This document shows, one piece after another, positions 29,641 to 39,227 of a stretch of 40,292 bases of DNA. The number at the start of each line of letters is the position of its first letter. The first letter of the stretch is position 1. The position numbers were made by a program, and so were the translations under genes. The DNA is taken from contig QKFK01000177.1 in assembly GCA_003252195.1 (NCBI GenBank), positions 1-40,292 of the forward strand, given 5' to 3'. The stretch comes from Rhodospirillales bacterium (GTDB lineage Bacteria; Pseudomonadota; Alphaproteobacteria; QKFK01; SZUA-500). The notes below the pieces were generated by a model. That model was not told where the DNA came from. It saw only the letters and a program-made list of their open reading frames with translations, and did no database searches.

Positions 29641-30647
29641 AAAAAACATTATTAGCCCTGATTGCAATCACATGTTTCTTATCAACAATAAAAACCATAC
29701 ATGCTCAAGATAACACTGGCGAACATAAGTATAAAATATATGCAGTTGTCTGGAATGGTTGTGATAGTGCTTGCAAAGGTTTTAGGTCTTATCTTGATGA
29801 AAAAAAATTCCCATATGAATTCATATTACGTGATGCCAAAAACGATGACAGCGTTTTCCCTGTTTTTGTTGACGAGGCTCGCTCAAAAGATGTTGATTTA
29901 GTAATAACATGGGGCACCGCCACAGCAATGGGAATGCTGGGCTCAATCAATAATTATAACAATGGTTCATATATTAAAGACATTCCTGCGATTTTTATGG
30001 TAGTAGCTCAACCAATTAGTGTCGGCCTAGTTAGCAATTATGCCTCATCTGCACGCAATATCACAGGGGTTTTACATATTGTACCAGAAGAAGCCCAAAT
30101 AAAAATTGCCCGTGAATATATCCCATTTAAAAAACTCGGCATAATCTACAACCCTCAAGAATCTGCCTCAATGCAAAATGTAGCCGCTTTGCGCGAGATT
30201 GCAGTAAGAGAAGGCTTTAATTTATTAGAAGAGCCTATCCCTTTAGATGCTAATGGCATGCCAGTTGACGACAGCATAAAATATCAAATATATCGCCTTG
30301 CTGAACGTGGTGCTGAAATGGTTTATGTTGGGGTTGATGCCTTTATCAACCTTCGCCAAAAAGAAGTAGCAGATGCTTGTGTTGAAAAAGGATTGCCTAT
30401 CTTTTCTGTTGCCGAAAGTGCGGTTATGAATGGCAACGCTCTTATAACCGTTTCAAACCATTATTATAATATCGGAATGCTTGCAGGTAAAAAAGCTTTT
30501 GAAATATTAAACAACAATATCAAACCATATGATATCCCAATAAACATGCCAGAGAAAAAAAGCATTATCATAAACATCTCAATGGCAAAAAAGATTGGTA
30601 TCTACCCGCCATTATTACTCCTTGATAAATCGGAGATTGTTGAATAG
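29637..30647 (+). CDS. ABC-type substrate-binding protein (ABC_sub_bind-like)
   Basis: Signal peptide; DLVITWGT, IPAIFMVVA.P...GLV, NITG, KKLGIIYNP.E, G.LAG.KA..IL. ATGA overlap with the upstream gene. Confidence 0.88.
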   Translation: MKKTLLALIAITCFLSTIKTIHAQDNTGEHKYKIYAVVWNGCDSACKGFRSYLDEKKFPYEFILRDAKNDDSVFPVFVDEARSKDVDLVITWGTATAMGMLGSINNYNNGSYIKDIPAIFMVVAQPISVGLVSNYASSARNITGVLHIVPEEAQIKIAREYIPFKKLGIIYNPQESASMQNVAALREIAVREGFNLLEEPIPLDANGMPVDDSIKYQIYRLAERGAEMVYVGVDAFINLRQKEVADACVEKGLPIFSVAESAVMNGNALITVSNHYYNIGMLAGKKAFEILNNNIKPYDIPINMPEKKSIIINISMAKKIGIYPPLLLLDKSEIVE

Positions 30648-30653
30648 ATAATT

Positions 30654-30682
30654 AAAAACCCCGATGATTAGTCGGGGTTTTT
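30654..30682. terminator. Bidirectional terminator
   Basis: AAAAACCCCGA-N7-TCGGGGTTTTT between convergent genes. Confidence 0.9.
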
Positions 30683-30698
30683 ATTTTGCAATATATGA

Positions 30699-31766
30699 TT
30701 ATACAATAAAGCTTTTTAAGAGTTCATCACTTTCGATTAATTTAACGGCTTTATCATATGAATCTTTTTCAGATAATATGGTATAAAAATCAGCCTTAAT
30801 GCTTGGAGCTAATTTAAGAGATTTGATAAAATCTTCTTTATCAAGAGGGTCTTTTTTAACGGCCTCAGCAAAGCCTGTTGAAACCAAAAATTCTTTAACC
30901 ATATCGGCGCTCTCATTATTTTGCAAAAGCGCGCACAAATAAGTTGCCACACCAACTTGAATACCATGCATTTTTGGCTTTTTAGCAATCTCATCTAAAG
31001 CATGAGAGATTAAATGCTCTGAGCCAGATGCAGGGCGTGATGTCCCCGCAATTTCCATCGTGATACCGCTCATCAAAAGGGAGTTACTCAAACTTCTATG
31101 AAACTCTGGAGAAGTAATATCGCTAGAATGTTTGATAAACAACAAATCAAGTGAGTTATAAGCCATTAAAGATGCAAAATCATTATAACGCTCATACCCC
31201 TTCAAGAAAGCCTGCTTCCAATCCCACAAAGCCGTGATTTTTGAAACCATGTCTCCAAGACCAGAATAAAAACAAATTGGCGGGCAGGTTTTAATCACGT
31301 CCAAGTCAATCACCACGCCGAATGGAATGGTTGACTTAATGCTTTTTCTTTTGCCATCTACTAACAAAGAAGTATTGGGGCTACAAAAGCCATCATTTGA
31401 GGTTGATGTAGGCACACTAATAAATGGAATACGAAGAAGGTGAGCGCAATATTTGGCATAATCTAGAGCCTTGCCTCCACCTATTCCGACGATAGCTTTA
31501 GTTTCTTTAGGTAGCTTAAAAGCTGTATGAACTATATCTTCAATATTAATGTCATTTATAGTTTCTTTGTGAGCAACTTTAATTCCCTGCTCACCAAAAC
31601 CAACATACAAATCTTCTGCAACTACAGATTCCATTCCCAATGAAAAGAATACCGCCACATTTTTCAAATCTTTATCTGATAAATATTTACCAATTTTCTG
31701 GATTTTAGCATTACCCACTTTCATCAAGTAAGGGATATTAATTTGCTTACTGGTATATGGCATCAT
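30699..31766 (-). CDS. Glycerol-1-phosphate dehydrogenase-like protein (EgsA/AraM-like)
   Basis: GIGGGKALD..KY, PTSTSNDGFCSP, GLGD..SK.TA..DW, SRPASGSEHLISHALD, HGIQVG. Start at the ATG overlapping the upstream TGA. Confidence 0.88.
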   Translation of the reverse strand: MMPYTSKQINIPYLMKVGNAKIQKIGKYLSDKDLKNVAVFFSLGMESVVAEDLYVGFGEQGIKVAHKETINDINIEDIVHTAFKLPKETKAIVGIGGGKALDYAKYCAHLLRIPFISVPTSTSNDGFCSPNTSLLVDGKRKSIKSTIPFGVVIDLDVIKTCPPICFYSGLGDMVSKITALWDWKQAFLKGYERYNDFASLMAYNSLDLLFIKHSSDITSPEFHRSLSNSLLMSGITMEIAGTSRPASGSEHLISHALDEIAKKPKMHGIQVGVATYLCALLQNNESADMVKEFLVSTGFAEAVKKDPLDKEDFIKSLKLAPSIKADFYTILSEKDSYDKAVKLIESDELLKSFIV

Positions 31767-32422
31767 TTTACTAAATCCTTTATACAATCACTTACATTAT
31801 CAAAACTATCAAATCTCTCGGTTTTAATTCCTGCTTCTATACATTTTTGAAGGAGAATTTTACGAGCAAAAACCACATCAGCAATTTGTGCCGCAGCAAA
31901 ATCTGGAGGACCATCACCTGCATAAACCACAAAGTATCCTTCTTCTTGCTTTTGCTTAACAATAGCGGCTTTTGAGATACCAACTTTTTCATCGTAATAT
32001 GGGCTATTTTCTTGCGGAGGAACAAGCCTTAAACCTTCATCTTCGCTATAAATTCCATGGTTAGTAACAACTGTAATGTTGTATTCTTTTATCTTATCAC
32101 CAATCATTTTTAAGATGTAATAATCTGTGCCAGCACTACAAATATAAATAGGAATATTATTCTGACGGCATAACTCAATTGTATCAAAAAACTTTTTATC
32201 AAACTTGATAGTTTTAATAAATTCAACCAACTCAGTTTCTGGTACTCTAATTTTTGCAAAAATCTGATTTAAGGCATTTAAGTGAGTTATGTTACCAGCT
32301 AAATATTCTTTCCATGGGGCAAGAGCTTCTTCATTGAGATATTTATCAGCAACTGAATCAAAAAAATCTTCATGGCTAATAGTCCCATCAAAATCACTAA
32401 TAAATGCTATTTTTTTGTTCAT
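31763..32422 (-). CDS. HAD-IB phosphatase, MtnX-like
   Basis: Motif I DFDGT, motif II SAG, motif III K (GISK), motif IV GDG..D, then ADVVFAR. Confidence 0.88.
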   Translation of the reverse strand: MNKKIAFISDFDGTISHEDFFDSVADKYLNEEALAPWKEYLAGNITHLNALNQIFAKIRVPETELVEFIKTIKFDKKFFDTIELCRQNNIPIYICSAGTDYYILKMIGDKIKEYNITVVTNHGIYSEDEGLRLVPPQENSPYYDEKVGISKAAIVKQKQEEGYFVVYAGDGPPDFAAAQIADVVFARKILLQKCIEAGIKTERFDSFDNVSDCIKDLVK

Positions 32423-32558
32423 TACTCCCCCTTATTATTAACTCGTATAACTAGGGTAATTAAGGCAGGTTTTAAGCATTATGTCAATTAACATTAAGTC
32501 GATTTATCCAATAATGTCACAATCATTTTTTAGACTAACTATCAACCACACAACTATT

Positions 32559-32591
32559 AAAAAAGGGAGCTCAATCAAGCCCCCTTTTTTT
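32559..32591 (-). terminator. Intrinsic terminator after the kinase-like ORF
   Basis: Minus strand AAGGGGGCTT-GATT-GAGCTCCCTT-TTTT. Confidence 0.8.
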
Positions 32592-32601
32592 AACTAAACA
32601 A

Positions 32602-33558
32602 CTATCGCTGATTACCCGCTATTTTATTTATTGCATTAGCCAGTTGATTATTACTTACTTTTTTCTCAGCAAACGGAATAGCATTTTTTAAGCTAGTTTT
32701 CATTTCAGGAGACAAACCTTCTGCGTTTGCAAGACTACAACTATCTTTAAGCATATCTAGCTTCATAAATTTCTTGCTCAAAATTTTAGCAATTTTATCT
32801 TGATCATACCCTTTTTCCTCTCCCTTAGCTTGGGCTTCTTTTTCCAAGTCGCTTTTGCTTGGGATAACATCAGGATCCATTGAACGCATCATACCATCTT
32901 TACAAAAACCAAGGTTTTCTGGCTGTGGATCAGCTACATAATATCCATCAGGAACATTAAGTATCATCAATTCTGTTAATTTAGAAAGATGATCGGGGTT
33001 TTCTTGACCATTATTAGCCAGTTTAACAATGTCATTTAGGCCAATCATTCTTTCTACTTGTTCAATTTTAACAATTCCATCATCTATTGTTTGCTTAGGC
33101 TGAACTGTCATATCGTTTTTATATCTATTACCAGAGGCGCCGCCTATTACAGAATTTTCAGATGGCGCAACACGTAGCACATCTCCTTGCTCTGTAGAAA
33201 AAGCTATAGCTGATGTTCCAACGCCCATAACATCTATTTTACCCAAGCCCATTCCTGACACAGATTTTTCTGCAGATTGCACCAATGAGCCATTAACATC
33301 AACAATATCTGGATTAATAGATGCAACATATTCTTTTTTAGAAGCTTCCATCTTGCCAATAGCTTCAACCACATTAACACTTGTAGGATTGTTATCGAGC
33401 TTACAACGATTACCTTCAAACAGGCTTTTCGCCAGCTTAGAATAAGTAGCATATAAATCTATAGCTTCTTTTGCTGCTATATCAGCTTCAGATAACTTTT
33501 CAGCCCCTTCTTTTATAGACATGAGTTTATCTCTGCGTTCTTCTAATGATTCTGACAT
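32602..33558 (-). CDS. Hypothetical protein with protein-kinase-like motifs
   Basis: AAGGAGG RBS before ATG 33558. Contains MGVGTSAIAF...VLRV, DPQPENLG and MDPD in kinase order. The ORF is solid; the fold call is tentative. Confidence 0.6.
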   Translation of the reverse strand: MSESLEERRDKLMSIKEGAEKLSEADIAAKEAIDLYATYSKLAKSLFEGNRCKLDNNPTSVNVVEAIGKMEASKKEYVASINPDIVDVNGSLVQSAEKSVSGMGLGKIDVMGVGTSAIAFSTEQGDVLRVAPSENSVIGGASGNRYKNDMTVQPKQTIDDGIVKIEQVERMIGLNDIVKLANNGQENPDHLSKLTELMILNVPDGYYVADPQPENLGFCKDGMMRSMDPDVIPSKSDLEKEAQAKGEEKGYDQDKIAKILSKKFMKLDMLKDSCSLANAEGLSPEMKTSLKNAIPFAEKKVSNNQLANAINKIAGNQR

Positions 33559-33592
33559 CGCAACCTCCTTATAAAGCCAACGTCTCGTATAA

Positions 33593-33621
33593 ATTAGACA
33601 CAAAAAGCACTGTTTTGTCAA
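33593..33621 (-). promoter_or_regulatory. Putative sigma70 promoter of the kinase-like ORF
   Basis: TTGACA-N17-TCTAAT 35 nt upstream of the start. Confidence 0.5.
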
Positions 33622-33652
33622 TAAATCATACAGTGATATATATCACGCATAT

Positions 33653-36600
33653 CTAATCAAGCGGTCTCACCATCTTAAATTTCTTCAAGCTATCGTGCCA
33701 ATTATCAAGCATTTGCAAAGCATATTCAGATTTTGTTTCTTGAACATGTTCTTCAATAATTTGTTTTAACTCCTCTTCCTCATCAGAAGTGAATGGTTCT
33801 ATTTTAACTGACTGCTTGTTTATTTTCTTATCAAGATTATTAGATTCGTCATAAATATAAGCAACCCCGCCAGTCATACCTGCACCAAAGTTAAAACCAA
33901 CTGAGCCTAATATGGCAATTTTACCGCCTGTCATATATTCACAGCCATTAGAGCCACAACCTTCAACCACTGCTAAAGCCCCAGAGTTACGCACAGCAAA
34001 GCGTTGCCCTGCCCTACCTGCTACAAATAATTTGCCTGAAGTTGCACCATATAAAACCGTGTTACCAATGATAATATTATCTTCGGTCTTTAGCTCGGAT
34101 GAAGCAGATGGACGCACTACAATAAATCCACCTGATAAACCTTTACCCACATAGTCATTGGCATCACCAAACATCTCAATCTTTAGACCCTGCACCGCAA
34201 AAGCCCCTAAAGACTGCCCGCCATTTCCTTTAAGGCGCAAAGTCAAATGAGCTTCTGGCAATGAATTGCCAAATTTTTTATAAAGCATATGAGATACTTT
34301 AGCACCAACAGCTAAATGGATATTACGAACATTATAATTAAGCTGCATTTTTGCACCATTCTCAAAAACTGGCTCAGCATCTTTAATTATAAGCTCGTCC
34401 AAAGTATCAGGCACTTCGTTTCGACCTTCAATATTACAATAAGGCGTTGCATCACCCACATCTGGGCGAACTAATATTGGGTTTAAATCCAAATCGTCCA
34501 AATTCTCAGCACCACGATTGATTTGATATAACAAGTCTGTGCGACCAATAATTTCTTTTAATGACTTAAAGCCCAACTTACTCAAAATTGAACGGACATC
34601 TTCTGCCACAAAAGAGAATAAATTTACAATTTTATCTGGGCTACCTTTATACCTGTCTCTAAATTCTTTTGCCTGAGAACAAATACCCGCTGTACATTTA
34701 TTAGTATGACATTGCCTATCTGCCACACAACCAAGAGCGATTAATGAGGCCGTACCAATACCAAATTCTTCTGCTCCCAATATTGCAGCAACCACAATAT
34801 CACGCCCGCATCTAATTCCTCCATCAACTCTTAGCTTAACCTTATGACGTAAGTTATTTAAGGTTAAAACTTGATGAGCCTCAGCCAAACCAAGCTCCCA
34901 TGGAGCACCCGCAAATTTCATCGATGTTAAAGGTGTTGCACCAGTTCCACCATTAGAACCAGATATCGTAATCACATCAGCTTTTGCCTTAGCTACACCT
35001 GCTGCGATTGTACCCACACCATTTTTAGAAGCTAGCTTAACCCCGATTTTTGCCTTTGGATTAATCTTTTTAAGGTCATAAATAAGCTGAGCTAAATCTT
35101 CAATTGAATAAATATCATGATGCGGAGGAGGACTAATCAAAGTTGTTCCTGCCACTGCATGACGAAGCCTTGCAATATCTGCAGATACTTTAAACCCTGG
35201 TAATTGACCGCCCTCACCAGGCTTAGCACCTTGTGCCATTTTAATCTCAATTTCAGAACAATTATTTAAATATTCTGCCGTAACACCAAAACGACCAGAG
35301 GCTACTTGCTTAACTGCAGAGTTAGCATTATCACCATTTGCATAAGGTTTATAGCGGTTTGAATCTTCTCCGCCCTCACCAGATATTGACTTTGCCCCGA
35401 TGCGGTTCATCGCAATATTTAAGGTTTCATGTGCCTCTGGGCTTAAAGCTCCATATGACATACCTGGGGTTAAAAACTTTTTACGGATTTCTGTTATAGA
35501 TTCAACATCATCACGGTTAATAGGAGTTTCTTTATATTTAAAATCTAGCAAATCACGTAAGTTTATAGATGGTTGAGCTTTTAGGGCTTCAACATAATCT
35601 CTATATGATGTAAACGAATCATTATTAACCGCATTTTGCAATAATCTAGCAATCTCTGGCGTAAATCCATGCGGAATGTTAGCTGATTTACGATAGAAGT
35701 AGAATCCACCTGCACTCAACGTATTTGCATCTTCTACATAAGCTTTAGCATGTTGTTTTAGTATCATCTGGCGAATGCCTTCACTACCAATGCCAGATAT
35801 ACGAGATGACATACCAGGCAAACATCTTGCCACAATCGTACGAGACAAGCCCAAAGCTTCAAAATATTTACCGCCACGATATGAGCTTAAAATACAAATG
35901 CCCATTTTTGACATGATTTTAAGAAGCCCGCCATTAACAGCTTTACGATAATTAAGCAAAGCATCTGCCGCACTCAAATCACCATAATCACCCTTAACAT
36001 GATTATAACGAATTATCTCTTCGGTTAAATATGGGTTTACAGTAGTTGCACCCACACCTAATAACACTGCATAATAGTGATTATCCAAACATTCACCGCA
36101 TCTTACATGAATAGAAAGCTTAGAACGTAGCTCTTTAGCTACTAAATGATGATGAACACCACCTGTTACTAATATCATAGGAAGCGGAGCTTTGTTTTTA
36201 TCAATTTTAATATCAGATAGAACGATTAAGGAAAATCCTTTGTTAACCGCAGTTTCAACTTCTTCTTTAATTGCCTCAATTCTTCTATAAACTTCGTCAT
36301 TGCCTTTGGAAACATCAAAGGTGCAATCCACCTCATAAATACGGCACACAAAGTGAGAAGAAAAAGCCTCAAACTCATTATTAAAAATAACAGGAGATGC
36401 CATTTCAAAAATTGCGAGCTGCTTTTCATTCTCGTCTAAGATATTACCCATATTACCCAAACGAGTTTTTAATGACATAACCGAAGTCTCGCGCAAAGAA
36501 TCAATCGGTGGGTTCGTTACTTGAGAAAAATTCTGCCTAAAAAAGTGATGCAACCCTCTATATTCTTCTGATAAAACAGCTAAAGGGGTATCATCTCCCA

Positions 36601-38107
36601 TTGAGCCAACTGCCTCTTTTGCATCTAGCACCATTGGAGTTAGCACATATTTTATATCTTCTTTAGTTTGCCCATAACATATCTGGCGGCGGATTAATTC
36701 TTCTTCGGCAAAGCCCAAACTCAACTCGGGCTTAACCTCTAAATCTTTAAATGTAAGAATATTTTTAACCCATTCTTTATATGGCATTTCTGAACTTAGT
36801 TTTTGTTTAATCTCAGCATCTTTATATAACTTACCTTCATCTAGGTTTATAGCAAGCATTGCCCCAGGTTCAATACAGCCTTTTTCTATAACTTCACTCT
36901 CACGAGTTTTAACCATTCCGCTTTCTGAGCCAACAATGATTAAACCTTCTTTTAAAATGCTATAGCGCATTGGACGAAGACCATTTCTATCCATACCCGC
37001 TAATATCCATTTACCATCTGTTGCAGCTAGTGCCGCAGGTCCATCCCATGGTTCCATAATAGAATTACAATAGCGAATAAAGTCCTTTTGCTCTTCTGAT
37101 ATATCATCTCTAGCTTCGGCTGCTTCTGGCACCAAAATTGACTTTACTAATGGTAAGTTGCGCCCTGCCTTACTAAGCAATTCGAACACAGCGTCTAATG
37201 CAGATGAGTCTGAGCTAGAAGGCAAAACAACTGGCTTAATATCATTTATTTTTTCGCCAAATTTATCAGATGCAAGTAATGCCTCGTGAATTTTTAGCCA
37301 ACCCAAATTGCCTGACAATGTATTAATTTCACCATTATGAGCTATAATTCTAAAAGGCTGAGCTAATGCCCATGAAGGAAATGTGTTGGTCGAATATCTT
37401 TGGTGATAAAGAGCAAACCTTGAAACAAACCTATCATCAGCCAAATCTGGGAAAAATCCCATTAACTGTCCAGCTAAAAACAAACCTTTATAAATTATGC
37501 TTTTACATGACAATGAACAGACATAAAAATCTTTTATATATTCCGCCAACACAGCCTTTTCGATGCGACGACGAATAATATATAAATCTCTTTCAAATTC
37601 TTCTTCTGTTTTATCTCCGCCTGCTATCATGATTTGCTCTATCTCGGGGCGAGTAGCGCTGGCTTTTTCACCAATCACAGATGTATTAACGGGAACTTGT
37701 CTCCAGCCATAAACATAATAGCCATATTCAATAATCTCTGTTTCTACAATTGCCCGACAACGTTCTCTTTCATGCAAATCTTTTTTAGGCAAAAATATCA
37801 TACCAACAGCAACTTTACCATCACGAGGCTCGTGACCAGTTGCTTTAATATGTTCTTTAAAAAAATCTTGGGGTATTTCTATGTGCAGACCAGCTCCATC
37901 GCCAGTTTTACCATCAGCATCGACCGCACCACGGTAGAACAAAGCGCGCAAAGCTTCAATTCCACATTCAACAACTTTACGAGATGGCTTTCCATCTACA
38001 GAAGCAACAAAACCAACACCACAAGCGTCATGTTCTTCTGACTTACTATACAATCCATTTTTCTCTAAAAATTCTGCAAGCTCTAATTGCTTTTCAATCT
38101 GCATCAT
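33653..38107 (-). CDS. gltB: Glutamate synthase large subunit
   Basis: Propeptide then CGVGF, HQRYSTNT.P.W, HNGEINT, EPWDGPA, QVASGRFGV, AQGAKPGEGGQLPG, the [3Fe-4S] motif C-x5-C-x4-C, and a C-terminal GXGXG domain. Confidence 0.98.
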   Translation of the reverse strand: MMQIEKQLELAEFLEKNGLYSKSEEHDACGVGFVASVDGKPSRKVVECGIEALRALFYRGAVDADGKTGDGAGLHIEIPQDFFKEHIKATGHEPRDGKVAVGMIFLPKKDLHERERCRAIVETEIIEYGYYVYGWRQVPVNTSVIGEKASATRPEIEQIMIAGGDKTEEEFERDLYIIRRRIEKAVLAEYIKDFYVCSLSCKSIIYKGLFLAGQLMGFFPDLADDRFVSRFALYHQRYSTNTFPSWALAQPFRIIAHNGEINTLSGNLGWLKIHEALLASDKFGEKINDIKPVVLPSSSDSSALDAVFELLSKAGRNLPLVKSILVPEAAEARDDISEEQKDFIRYCNSIMEPWDGPAALAATDGKWILAGMDRNGLRPMRYSILKEGLIIVGSESGMVKTRESEVIEKGCIEPGAMLAINLDEGKLYKDAEIKQKLSSEMPYKEWVKNILTFKDLEVKPELSLGFAEEELIRRQICYGQTKEDIKYVLTPMVLDAKEAVGSMGDDTPLAVLSEEYRGLHHFFRQNFSQVTNPPIDSLRETSVMSLKTRLGNMGNILDENEKQLAIFEMASPVIFNNEFEAFSSHFVCRIYEVDCTFDVSKGNDEVYRRIEAIKEEVETAVNKGFSLIVLSDIKIDKNKAPLPMILVTGGVHHHLVAKELRSKLSIHVRCGECLDNHYYAVLLGVGATTVNPYLTEEIIRYNHVKGDYGDLSAADALLNYRKAVNGGLLKIMSKMGICILSSYRGGKYFEALGLSRTIVARCLPGMSSRISGIGSEGIRQMILKQHAKAYVEDANTLSAGGFYFYRKSANIPHGFTPEIARLLQNAVNNDSFTSYRDYVEALKAQPSINLRDLLDFKYKETPINRDDVESITEIRKKFLTPGMSYGALSPEAHETLNIAMNRIGAKSISGEGGEDSNRYKPYANGDNANSAVKQVASGRFGVTAEYLNNCSEIEIKMAQGAKPGEGGQLPGFKVSADIARLRHAVAGTTLISPPPHHDIYSIEDLAQLIYDLKKINPKAKIGVKLASKNGVGTIAAGVAKAKADVITISGSNGGTGATPLTSMKFAGAPWELGLAEAHQVLTLNNLRHKVKLRVDGGIRCGRDIVVAAILGAEEFGIGTASLIALGCVADRQCHTNKCTAGICSQAKEFRDRYKGSPDKIVNLFSFVAEDVRSILSKLGFKSLKEIIGRTDLLYQINRGAENLDDLDLNPILVRPDVGDATPYCNIEGRNEVPDTLDELIIKDAEPVFENGAKMQLNYNVRNIHLAVGAKVSHMLYKKFGNSLPEAHLTLRLKGNGGQSLGAFAVQGLKIEMFGDANDYVGKGLSGGFIVVRPSASSELKTEDNIIIGNTVLYGATSGKLFVAGRAGQRFAVRNSGALAVVEGCGSNGCEYMTGGKIAILGSVGFNFGAGMTGGVAYIYDESNNLDKKINKQSVKIEPFTSDEEEELKQIIEEHVQETKSEYALQMLDNWHDSLKKFKMVRPLD

Positions 38108-38124
38108 ATTCCCCCGAAACCGCT

Positions 38125-38164
38125 AAAACAAAAGCACAGAATATGTTTACCACATTCTGTGCTT
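38125..38164 (-). terminator. Terminator-like hairpin between the MDR gene and gltB
   Basis: Minus strand AAGCACAGAATGTG-GTAAA-CATATTCTGTGCTT-TTGTTTT. Confidence 0.75.
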
Positions 38165-38213
38165 ATTACAATTAACTTATTGTTTCAGTTAATTACTAAA
38201 ATATATCTCTTAG

Positions 38214-39200
38214 TTATATCTCGATAATTATTTTACCTTCATATTTGCCACTTTCAAAATATTCATGAGCTTGATTTATTTCAGATAATTTAAACATTCT
38301 CTTATCAAGAAGAGGGAAAACTTTATCTTCATCAACCCATGTAGCTATTTGCAATAAGATATCACCATAATGAGACAAATCACCACCATGAATAAATGGA
38401 ATTAACATAAATACCACATTAAAGCTTAACCCTTTGGCATGAAGCGGGCTCAAATCGTGAGTTGAGCGTGCCGCAATTGCAGAAACCCTGCCACCAACCT
38501 TAGCTGCAGCGAATGAAGCATCTAAATTTTTACCGCCAACGGTATCAAAAACCACATCGAAACCTTCGCCATTAGTAAGGCGCTTTACATAATTTTCAAC
38601 TGGCTCTTCTTGATAATTAATAATTTCATCCGCGCCTAGCTTACGGGCTATATTTGCTTTTTCTGCAGACGATACTGTTGTCGCAACTTTTGCCTTCATC
38701 TGTTTAGCTATTTGCACTGCCATATGACCAACGCCGCCACAACCACCATGAATTAGCACATAATCTTTATAAGTGATCTGGGCTCTTTTTAACAATCCTA
38801 GCCAAGCTGTTATACTAACCAACGGCAAGGCCGCTGCTTCAGCAAAAGTCAAACGATTCGGCTTTGGTGCAAGCAATTTAACATCTGCCACCACATATTC
38901 AGCCAAGGCTCCAGAATACCCTTTAACCCCGCCAATACAGCCAAAAACCTCATCGCCTATTTGAAAGTTTTTAACTCCTTCACCTAGGCCGACAACAATT
39001 CCAGCAACATCTCCATGTAAAAGCTCAGGATTTTCAGGATTAAAGCCCATGTTATTACGTAATATCTTATTATCTATCGGGTTTAGGCTAGTAGCCTTAA
39101 CCTCAATAAGAACCTGCCCCTCTTTAGGCTCAGGTATTTCCATATCAACCGCTACAAACTTGGCCTCTGGGCCATATTCATTTACAACATATGCCTTCAT
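38214..39200 (-). CDS. MDR-family (zeta-crystallin-like) NADPH:quinone oxidoreductase
   Basis: SLNPID, GDVAG, GALAEY, AAALPLV.ITAW, VLIHGGCGGVGH, FDTVGG, GKIII; no Zn-ligand GHE motif. Confidence 0.9.
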   Translation of the reverse strand: MKAYVVNEYGPEAKFVAVDMEIPEPKEGQVLIEVKATSLNPIDNKILRNNMGFNPENPELLHGDVAGIVVGLGEGVKNFQIGDEVFGCIGGVKGYSGALAEYVVADVKLLAPKPNRLTFAEAAALPLVSITAWLGLLKRAQITYKDYVLIHGGCGGVGHMAVQIAKQMKAKVATTVSSAEKANIARKLGADEIINYQEEPVENYVKRLTNGEGFDVVFDTVGGKNLDASFAAAKVGGRVSAIAARSTHDLSPLHAKGLSFNVVFMLIPFIHGGDLSHYGDILLQIATWVDEDKVFPLLDKRMFKLSEINQAHEYFESGKYEGKIIIEI

Positions 39201-39227
39201 GAAAACCTCTAAATCTTAATATTCTTT

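Noticed and set aside
42-38964. Many 60-160 aa ORFs antisense to or inside recognised genes (e.g. 42..416, 1957..2376, 8854..9324, 10561..10947, 18423..18890, 37634..38041)
   Set aside because: Shadow frames of well-supported genes, with no recognisable motifs.
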